DNA of 64,000 nucleotides from Acidobacteriota bacterium (GTDB lineage Bacteria; Acidobacteriota; Vicinamibacteria; Vicinamibacterales; SCN-69-37): NCBI GenBank assembly GCA_024653875.1, contig JANLHE010000192.1, positions 565 to 64,564 of the forward strand, read 5' to 3'. Shown piece by piece: positions 57,816 to 64,000 of this stretch (position 1 is its first letter; each line of letters starts with the position of its first letter). The notes under the pieces were generated by a model. It saw only the letters and a program-made list of their open reading frames with translations, ran no database searches and was not told where the DNA came from. The position numbers and the translations under genes were made by a program.

Positions 57816-58472
57816 ATGGCCGAGCGATACCCCTTGTCATGGCCGGCCGGATGGACCAGGACGAATGCAGGCGACCGCCAGCGCGCGTCATTTCAGACGC
57901 ACAAGACGACCCTTGAGCGGCGTCAGGACGGGTCAGTCGCCAAGCGCAGCAGCACCAACGATGTCAGCGTGAGCGATGCGTTGAAGCGGCTCCTGGGTGA
58001 ACTCCGGCGGCTGGGCGTTGAGGATGGCGACTGCATCATCTCCACGAACATGCCGACGCGGTTGGATGGCCTGCCGTACTCCACCGCGAAAGAGCCGACA
58101 GACCCGGGCGCCGCCGTCTATTTCCGGCTCAAGGGCCAGGACCGCGTGCTCGCGTGCGACGCCTGGAGCAGGGTCGCCGGGAACCTTGCCGCAATTGCCC
58201 AGCATATCGACGCCGTCCGTCGCATCGACCGCTACGGTGTGGGCACGTTGGAACAGGCCTTCGCCGGATACGCCGCGCTGCCGGCGCGTGGCGACACCTG
58301 GAGGTCAGCCTTTGGATTCAGCCCTGACGATCCCGTCACAGCGGACGCGGTAGAAGCGGCGTTCCGGACGCGCGCGCGAGAGTCACATCCTGACGTTGGA
58401 GGCAGCCATGAGGCCATGGCCGCACTCACCAACGCTCGAGCTGAGGCCGTGCTGTTTCTGGAGGGGCGATGA
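57816..58472 (+). CDS. J-domain protein (C-terminal DnaJ-like HPD motif)
   Basis: C-terminal FRTRARESHPDVGGSHEAMAALTNA. Conserved phage-type N-domain (YPLSWPAGWTRT...GAAVYF...LACDAW...RYGVG). Confidence 0.65.
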   Translation: MAERYPLSWPAGWTRTNAGDRQRASFQTHKTTLERRQDGSVAKRSSTNDVSVSDALKRLLGELRRLGVEDGDCIISTNMPTRLDGLPYSTAKEPTDPGAAVYFRLKGQDRVLACDAWSRVAGNLAAIAQHIDAVRRIDRYGVGTLEQAFAGYAALPARGDTWRSAFGFSPDDPVTADAVEAAFRTRARESHPDVGGSHEAMAALTNARAEAVLFLEGR

Positions 58473-58527
58473 AGACGCACTCGACCCTCAACCAAACGCG
58501 GATTGCCGTCGCGCGCATGGAGGGCTC

Positions 58528-58809
58528 ATGATCCTTTGTACTCGCCAGTGTGGTCGTCCGGCCTTGTTCCGCTCGAGGTTCTGCGCCGTGTGTCGCCAAG
58601 CGTATGTGAAGGACCGCGACCGGGCCCGCTGGCGCCGGTACTACGATCGCAACCGGGACACGTGGGGAGAGCGCCGACACGGTGGCCCTGCGGCACGCCT
58701 GCCGCTCGCGCGGATTGCGGTCGAGATCGAAGAATCCCAGGCGGGGATTGAAGCCCAACTGGCGCACCTGGACCGTCTGCGGCGCTGGACCCGGTGGAGG
58801 TGCGCATGA
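58528..58809 (+). CDS. Small basic Cys-containing protein (93 aa)
   Basis: GGAGGG SD before the ATG at 58528, in frame with track ORF 58396..58809. Confidence 0.35.
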   Translation: MILCTRQCGRPALFRSRFCAVCRQAYVKDRDRARWRRYYDRNRDTWGERRHGGPAARLPLARIAVEIEESQAGIEAQLAHLDRLRRWTRWRCA

Positions 58810-58959
58810 GGTGGCCCGTCCGTCGCAGTAAGTTCGGCGCGATCACACCACGGGGGCCGGAGGAGGTCGGCCCGGGGGATTGCTACTCACGCGTTCGTTC
58901 ATGGTCTGAGTCCTGGGGCGTGGCCGTCCTGGACTCATTACGGAGTTACCCGCCGATGA

Positions 58960-59532
58960 TTGCCTAGCCCACGTCCCACCGTTCCAGCCCTCCATGGTAC
59001 CCGCGCGCTCTACCGCCGCGGGTGTCGCTGTTTGCCCTGCCGGCGCGCCAATGCGATGCGCGCCTCTCGAGACCGCCTCCGGTATCAGCGCCAGCCGCCT
59101 CCCCCTGTCGATATTGCCGCCGTCGTCGCCCATCTCACCCACCTGAAGGCTGCCTACGGCATCGGGGCCTGGCAGATTGCCCACCTCACGGGCGTCAGTG
59201 AACGCCTCGTGCACATGATTCGCCAGAAGCAGCACGTGCGCATCCTGCCGTCCACGGCCGCCAAGTTGCTGGCGGCGCAACCGGTCCGGGCGCCTGGCCA
59301 ACGGGTCGTCGGGTTGCCGGCCTGGCGCATTGTGCGCTGGTTGGAATCGGAAGGCTACACTCGGCCCCAGGTGGCGAGGCTGGTCGGAGTCCGGTCGATT
59401 GGGCTCCGGAAGCACTACACCGCGCGCGTCGTGGCCAAGCTCCACGCCATCAAGCGCCACCTCGAGCGCGGCAGTCGCCCAGACGATGAGGGTTCATTTG
59501 GCGATGCGTCGCCCCCCCCCGGACAATCGTGA
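58960..59532 (+). CDS. DNA-binding protein with HGT..Y..GCRC..C motif
   Basis: Only a TTG start is available. N-terminal LHGTRALYRRGCRCLPCRRANA followed by an HTH-like GAWQIAHLTGVSERLV. Lies directly upstream of terS. Confidence 0.4.
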   Translation: MPSPRPTVPALHGTRALYRRGCRCLPCRRANAMRASRDRLRYQRQPPPPVDIAAVVAHLTHLKAAYGIGAWQIAHLTGVSERLVHMIRQKQHVRILPSTAAKLLAAQPVRAPGQRVVGLPAWRIVRWLESEGYTRPQVARLVGVRSIGLRKHYTARVVAKLHAIKRHLERGSRPDDEGSFGDASPPPGQS

Positions 59533-60110
59533 GTATGTCAAAACGACGACCGACGCCCACCGGCCCGAACCGCCACGGTGGCGGCCGGAAACCGCGGCAC
59601 CCCGACATCCTCACGATCCGTGAAGAGCGGTTCGTCGCGGAGTACATGAAGGACCTCCACCAGGCGCACGCGGCCCGGCGCGCCGGCATCACAGCGAAGG
59701 ACGTCGCGGCGGTGGCCTCACGGATCATGGCGCTGCCGAAGGTACAGCGGGCGATTGCCGCCCGTCAGGCGGTCCACCTAGCCGTCGTGGACATGGAGGC
59801 CCAGGACGTGCTGCGGGGCCTGATGCGGATTGCGTCGTCCGACCTGCGCCAGGCGTTCGACGAGTTCGGCCACTTGCGGCCGATCAAGGATATGCCTGAC
59901 GGCCTGGCGCTGGCGCTGGCCGGCATCGAGGTTGAACAAGGCAAAATCGCGGGACAGCGCGTGGTCAAAATCAAGACCTGCGACAAGCTCGGCGCCCTGA
60001 ACACCCTGGCGAAGCACTTCCAGTTGCTCAACGACAAGATGGACGTGACCGGCGACATCACCTACCGCGTCGTGTGGGATGACGACGAGCCCGTGACGCC
60101 GCCAGGATGA
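59529..60110 (+). CDS. terS: Terminase small subunit (P27/Terminase_2-like)
   Basis: RFVAEYMKDLHQAHAARRAGITAKDVA...CDKLGALNTLAKHFQLL. Starts at GTG 59529 or ATG 59535. ATGA overlap with terL. Confidence 0.65.
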   Translation: MSMSKRRPTPTGPNRHGGGRKPRHPDILTIREERFVAEYMKDLHQAHAARRAGITAKDVAAVASRIMALPKVQRAIAARQAVHLAVVDMEAQDVLRGLMRIASSDLRQAFDEFGHLRPIKDMPDGLALALAGIEVEQGKIAGQRVVKIKTCDKLGALNTLAKHFQLLNDKMDVTGDITYRVVWDDDEPVTPPG

Positions 60111-61531
60111 CCACCGCATTAGCGACGCGAGAAGAGATTATCCGCGTGCCCTACAAGCCGCGGTTGTGGGCGGCGAGGATGCACCAGCAATTCGTCCGGT
60201 GGATGGTGCTGGTGCTACACCGCCGCGCGGGCAAGTCCACGGCCATCCTCAACCACCATCAGCGGTACGCGATGGACCCCGCGCGCGAACTGCGCCGACT
60301 GCGGCATCTCTCCCCAGGCTCAACCGACGCCGATCTTAAAAAACTGCTGCGCGGACGCAACTACGCCCACATCATGCCGACGTACAAGCAGGCCAAGATG
60401 GTCGCGTGGGACATGCTCAAGTTCTACGCGCAGCCGATCGCGGGCATCAAGAAAAACGAATCAGAGTTGTCCATCGTGTACCCGACCGGTGCGCGCGTTC
60501 AGTTGTTCGGTTCTGATAATCCAGACTCGTTGAGGGGCGGCGCATTCTCCGGCGTGAGCTTCGATGAACACAGCCAGCAGGACGCCTCGATCTTCGGCAC
60601 GATCATGTCAAAGGCCATCGCGGACCACCTTGGTTATGCGATTTGGGCCGGCACAATCAAAGGCAAAGACCAGCTGTACCTCACGTACAAGGCCGCGCTC
60701 GACAATCCTGAATGGTTTGCCGTCTGGCAGGACATCGACGTCTCGCTGGCGACTGAATCAGGCCCCACGATTGACATGCTCCGGCGCGCGATGGCTGACG
60801 ACCTGCAACTCATCAAGGACGGCGTGATGACCCAAGACGAGTTCGATCAGGAATGGTATCTTTCGACCTCGGCCGCCATCCACGGCGCCTACTACGCGAA
60901 GGAGCTCCAGAAGGCCAAGGACGACGGCCGGATCACGGTGGTCCCCTACGACCCGGCGATGCCGGTGGACACTGATTGGGACCTGGGCATCGCGGATCAG
61001 ATGTCGATCTGGTTCTCGCAGTCCACGCGGACCGGCCAGGTCCGGCTGATCGACTACTACGAGGCCAGCGGGGAAGGGCTGCCCCACTACGCGACCGTGC
61101 TCAAAGACAAGGGCTACGCGTACGGGGAGCATTGGGCTCCCCATGACATCGCCGTGCGGGACCTTGGCACCGGCAAGAGCCGCCTGGCGACGGCCGCCGA
61201 GTACGGGATCCGCTTCAAAACGTGTCCGAACATCGGCCTGATGGACGGGATCGCCGCGGTCCGCCTCCTGCTGGCCCGGTGCTGGTTCGACGAGAAGCAC
61301 GCCGACGTGGGCCTGAACTGCCTCCGGCACTATCGGAAGCGGTTCAATAAGTCGCTGAACGAGTTCATGCCGGAACCAGTCCATGACACTTGGTCGCATG
61401 GGAGTGACGCAATTAGGACGCTCGCGGTCCGACTTCAACCCCAACGGGATCGAGACCGGAAGGCCGAGCGCGACACCCAAAACCCCTTTGAATCCAGGGG
61501 CCGGGCGTCTCAGAACTGGATGCGGGGATAA
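60107..61531 (+). CDS. terL: Terminase large subunit
   Basis: Walker A-like HRRAGKST and Walker B GVSFDEH. Nuclease-domain Asp context TDWDLGIADQMSIWF. Confidence 0.85.
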   Translation: MTTALATREEIIRVPYKPRLWAARMHQQFVRWMVLVLHRRAGKSTAILNHHQRYAMDPARELRRLRHLSPGSTDADLKKLLRGRNYAHIMPTYKQAKMVAWDMLKFYAQPIAGIKKNESELSIVYPTGARVQLFGSDNPDSLRGGAFSGVSFDEHSQQDASIFGTIMSKAIADHLGYAIWAGTIKGKDQLYLTYKAALDNPEWFAVWQDIDVSLATESGPTIDMLRRAMADDLQLIKDGVMTQDEFDQEWYLSTSAAIHGAYYAKELQKAKDDGRITVVPYDPAMPVDTDWDLGIADQMSIWFSQSTRTGQVRLIDYYEASGEGLPHYATVLKDKGYAYGEHWAPHDIAVRDLGTGKSRLATAAEYGIRFKTCPNIGLMDGIAAVRLLLARCWFDEKHADVGLNCLRHYRKRFNKSLNEFMPEPVHDTWSHGSDAIRTLAVRLQPQRDRDRKAERDTQNPFESRGRASQNWMRG

Positions 61532-61535
61532 CGTC

Positions 61536-61563
61536 TTGACACGTTGATGGTTAATTTGATACT
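61536..61563 (+). promoter_or_regulatory. Promoter candidate TTGACA-N16-GATACT
   Basis: TTGACA at 61536-61541 in an AT-rich patch right after the terL stop, about 55 nt upstream of the ATG at 61619. Confidence 0.4.
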
Positions 61564-61618
61564 CATAATGATGTCTAGCGGCACAGTTCGCCGCCAGGCG
61601 CACCATGGAGTCTCAATC

Positions 61619-61945
61619 ATGGCAATCACCGCACAGATCGCACCAGCGCCGACGCTACCCTGCGCGCCTGAGTTCGTGTTGATCAACGACGACGGCCGCT
61701 TCTACGAGGATTACGAGCACTACCCACAGGGCTTTCACAACAATGACCGCATTGAGCGCGTCACGCGGAACGCCGAGCCCTTGTACTGGTATGCCACGGT
61801 CACCGACCGCGACGACAATGGCAATGACTACTTCCACCACGAGTCCGGGGAATGCCGCACCCCCGAGGAAGCGGTCGCGTGGGTCCTGGCGCGCCGCGCG
61901 GAAGGCCCGAAGAACCGACCGGAACAGGAGGCCGTATGCCGCTAG
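61619..61945 (+). CDS. Hypothetical acidic 108-aa protein
   Basis: GGAG SD before the ATG at 61619, in frame with track ORF 61544..61945. Confidence 0.4.
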   Translation: MAITAQIAPAPTLPCAPEFVLINDDGRFYEDYEHYPQGFHNNDRIERVTRNAEPLYWYATVTDRDDNGNDYFHHESGECRTPEEAVAWVLARRAEGPKNRPEQEAVCR

Positions 61946-62187
61946 ATCCCCGTCTGCACCACGTCGCCATCCGCCCCTGGCCGCGATGCACCCCCACGGG
62001 TACCCCCGAGGTGGCCGTCCTGGTCGAACACGTGGACCGTCCCTTGAACCGGGTGATGCCCGAGGGCCTCTACGTCACACGGACCCGGGCGGTCGTTCAG
62101 GCGCCCCGCGCGTTCGACACCGCGTTCGTCTACAGCGGCGGCACCCTCCCTATCATCGACTTCACCCCACGAAAGCAGGAACCATGA
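61936..62187 (+). CDS. Hypothetical 83-aa protein
   Basis: AGGAGG SD before the ATG at 61936, in frame with track ORF 61852..62187. Confidence 0.35.
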   Translation: MPLDPRLHHVAIRPWPRCTPTGTPEVAVLVEHVDRPLNRVMPEGLYVTRTRAVVQAPRAFDTAFVYSGGTLPIIDFTPRKQEP

Positions 62188-62561
62188 CCAAGCCCGAAGC
62201 CCTCAAGCGCCTCGCACGGCTCTTCGGAACCAAGCTGCGGTATCGGGAGGACCCCAAGGCCCATCGTGGGCCGGAGGCGCGTGACGCCGCCACCGCCGCC
62301 CTCAGAGAGGCCCGTCAAACCGCCGCCGACCTGAGCGCCGCCCGGAATGCCAGACACAAGGCCCTACTGGACGGCGACGCCGAGTATCAGCGCATCCTGC
62401 GGGACTTCCACGCCGCGCGCGACTGCCGCGACACCCTTGAGGCCGAGGCTGGCCGCTATCGTCTCACCGTGGGCGTCGAGGAGATGGGGTTCTTTCTCGT
62501 CAAAGCGCACGGCGACAACTGGGCCGACATCGTCCGGAAGGTGGAGGAAAAGAAGTCATGA
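62184..62561 (+). CDS. Hypothetical 125-aa helical protein
   Basis: ATGA overlap start, in frame with track ORF 61743..62561. Confidence 0.4.
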   Translation: MTKPEALKRLARLFGTKLRYREDPKAHRGPEARDAATAALREARQTAADLSAARNARHKALLDGDAEYQRILRDFHAARDCRDTLEAEAGRYRLTVGVEEMGFFLVKAHGDNWADIVRKVEEKKS

Positions 62562-62625
62562 AGCACCCGAAGCCCCTCACCAAGCGGGAACAGGCCCTCG
62601 CCGAAAAATAAACCTCCTGGACACC

Positions 62626-62654
62626 TTGACATGTTGTATCCCGTATGATACAAT
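62626..62654 (+). promoter_or_regulatory. Consensus sigma70-type promoter TTGACA-N17-TACAAT with embedded inverted repeat TTGTATC-N6-GATACAA
   Basis: TTGACA at 62626-62631 and TACAAT at 62649-62654. The inverted repeat spans 62634-62653. A 5'-UTR hairpin GCCCGG-N6-CCGGGC lies at 62689-62706. Confidence 0.6.
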
Positions 62655-62720
62655 ACGTGTATGGTCGTGATGGACACGGCCACATAAAGCCCGGCAGCCA
62701 CCGGGCAGGAGACACAGACT

Positions 62721-62969
62721 ATGACGACCCGATATCGCACCGCCGCAGACGCCATCGAGCGCAGTATCAGCCACGACGAGATCGTCCACCTCGACTACGA
62801 CGCGGACATCCACGCCGACTTAATCGTCGCGTGCGACGATTGGACGGATGGTCTCTACGAGACTGAGTATTGGGCCGACGCTGAGGGGAGCGACGGCACA
62901 GACGGAGAGATGGCGTGGCGGGTCCACTTGCGCCACCCGGTGACGGTGCAGGACGTAGACGCCGAATAA
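62721..62969 (+). CDS. Very acidic 82-aa protein (anti-defence / DNA-mimic candidate)
   Basis: GGAGA SD. 14 Asp and 7 Glu against 5 Arg and 0 Lys. Followed by two GC hairpins (62988-63002, 63034-63055). Confidence 0.5.
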   Translation: MTTRYRTAADAIERSISHDEIVHLDYDADIHADLIVACDDWTDGLYETEYWADAEGSDGTDGEMAWRVHLRHPVTVQDVDAE

Positions 62970-63062
62970 CTCCATGCTCTGACAAGTGCCCGGTCTCCGG
63001 GCCTGTCGCAGCCTCCAGCGTGGTCCGCTGGCAGCCGGGGTAGGTAAGCCCCGGCGCAATTT

Positions 63063-63257
63063 ATGCCCCTGAACCTCTCCCACATCCGCACACTGATCGG
63101 TGATCGCGCCATCGCTGAGGTCGCGAGGTCAGCCCAAATCACGAATGCCAATCTCCACGCGCTGCTGAGCGGACGGCAGACCGACCCCAAGCTCAGTACG
63201 ATTGAGCGGCTGGCCCGTGCACTGGGCGTATCAGCACGGCTGCTGATCCGGCGATAG
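63063..63257 (+). CDS. Small XRE-family HTH regulator (64 aa)
   Basis: IAEVARSAQITNANLHALLSGRQ...LSTIERLARALGVSARLLI. Confidence 0.6.
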   Translation: MPLNLSHIRTLIGDRAIAEVARSAQITNANLHALLSGRQTDPKLSTIERLARALGVSARLLIRR

Positions 63258-63296
63258 CGACGGCACCACGCCAAATCTGCTATCATAGTGACCATC

Positions 63297-63467
63297 ATGC
63301 CCACGCACTCGAAAAAGACAATTCCCGTCAAGCCACAGGAAACACACGACTTCCTGGTCCGCAATATCCCGCGCACCTTGTGGGACCGCTTCCGGGCCAA
63401 GGCGCATGAGGACGGCCGCAGCTACCGCGCCGCGGTGGTCGAACTCATGCGGGATTACGTGAAATGA
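63297..63467 (+). CDS. Ribbon-helix-helix (Arc/MetJ/antitoxin-like) protein, 56 aa
   Basis: Below the track cutoff. FLVRNIPRTLWDRFRAKAHEDGRSYRAAVVELMRDYV is a typical RHH beta-strand plus two helices. TATCAT -10-like sequence upstream. Confidence 0.5.
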   Translation: MPTHSKKTIPVKPQETHDFLVRNIPRTLWDRFRAKAHEDGRSYRAAVVELMRDYVK

Positions 63468-63703
63468 GCGCCCAGGACGCGCCCGTCCAGATCGAGACCG
63501 TGGCCGATCTGATCACGTGGCTCCAGACGCAGCCGCCGACCGCGCGGGTTGTGGCCTACGCGAGCAACTACTACGCGGAGCTTGGCGAGGCACAGGTGAC
63601 GGCCGCGCCGATTGTGCTGCTGCGGGGTGGCATCTCTGAGGCCAGCGATTTCCCCTCGGAGGCCGCCCGCGCGGTGCCGGCGGTGATCATCACGGGGAGG
63701 TAG
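63464..63703 (+). CDS. Hypothetical 79-aa protein
   Basis: Track ORF with an ATGA overlap with the RHH gene. Confidence 0.4.
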   Translation: MSAQDAPVQIETVADLITWLQTQPPTARVVAYASNYYAELGEAQVTAAPIVLLRGGISEASDFPSEAARAVPAVIITGR

Positions 63704-63711
63704 TGAAAGAA

Positions 63712-64000
63712 ATGCATCAGGTGCTCTGGGCCGATGTTCCGAAAAGGCAGCGGCTCACAAAAGCGGAACTGCTGACCCGGCAAGGTGCGAGATGGCCCAG
63801 GTGGGTGGAGCGATGGGCGCGACGTATTCAGGCGCCGCCCTGCGAGGTGGCGCTACTCAAAGCCGACGGGTTCTACTGGCCTTGTGGGCTGAGTGTGCTG
63901 CCCGGAGAAACACGATGCAAGAGGCATGGAGGAAAGAGCCGCGAGCGGCTACGAGAAGAAGCGCGACGAGCGCACCTCGCATGGAGAAGCATTGGGCTCC
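63712..64000 (+). CDS. Hypothetical protein, 5' part (runs off window end)
   Basis: ATG at 63712 preceded by GGGGAGG. The frame is open to nt 64000. Sequence MHQVLWADVPKRQRLTKAELL... Confidence 0.3.
   Translation, partial: MHQVLWADVPKRQRLTKAELLTRQGARWPRWVERWARRIQAPPCEVALLKADGFYWPCGLSVLPGETRCKRHGGKSRERLREEARRAHLAWRSIGL

Noticed and set aside
1-64000. CRISPR array, rRNA genes or complete tRNA genes.
   Set aside because: No regularly spaced short direct repeats with unique spacers were seen. The only GGTTCGAGTCC-type T-loop is the fragment at 35260-35276. No rRNA-like conserved stretches were found.
61532-64000. Portal or head-morphogenesis genes expected directly after terL.
   Set aside because: The ORFs here are 17-125 aa, have their own promoters and terminator-like hairpins, and include HTH and RHH regulators. 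None has the length or character of a portal protein. The portal gene presumably lies beyond the window end.

Overview
This window is GC-rich (by eye about 63-65% GC) and almost every gene lies on the + strand. It reads as most of a temperate phage genome in its free, circularly permuted form. I see no bacterial housekeeping genes. The integrase sits next to a tRNA 3'-end fragment flanked on both sides by phage genes, so the site is attP-like rather than attL or attR.

Gene order:
- 1-6969: virion genes, namely an Asp-box protein and three low-complexity, probably internal-virion proteins. One carries a striking 33-residue tandem repeat.
- 6982-20841: a single 13.9-kb ORF (4,619 aa). It reads as a giant polyvalent effector with three HExxH motifs, a hydrophobic block, a 2H-phosphoesterase signature, a P-loop kinase motif and an ART-like module.
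- 21186-25801: two tail-fibre genes separated by an opposite-strand HNH/AP2-like gene, followed by an S8 subtilase.
- 25824-28422: lysis cassette with small membrane proteins and a GH108-like endolysin.
- 28419-35027: accessory region. It holds an 809-aa multidomain hydrolase-like protein, a metallophosphoesterase, a tnpA-less TnpB element with its own promoter, a C39-like peptidase and a repeat-dense regulatory island.
- 35028-38218: attP, tyrosine integrase, lipoprotein, CI-like repressor and Cro-like switch.
- 38412-58809: early region. It holds a recombination module, many small Zn-ribbon and HNH genes, Gp37/Gp68, ASCH, a replication-like protein containing DNA-level tandem palindromes (candidate ori), Dam, Dcm, a Vsr-like nuclease, a GapR-like fusion, an AAA+ ATPase and a J-domain protein.
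- 59529-61531: TerS and TerL.
- 61536-64000: short transcription units with near-consensus promoters, where a portal gene would be expected. They include a very acidic small protein and HTH/RHH regulators, which are anti-defence candidates.

All functional calls come from motifs I read by eye. No database search was run. Starts were chosen using in-frame ATG/GTG codons, Shine-Dalgarno (SD) sequences and ATGA/GTGA start-stop overlaps.
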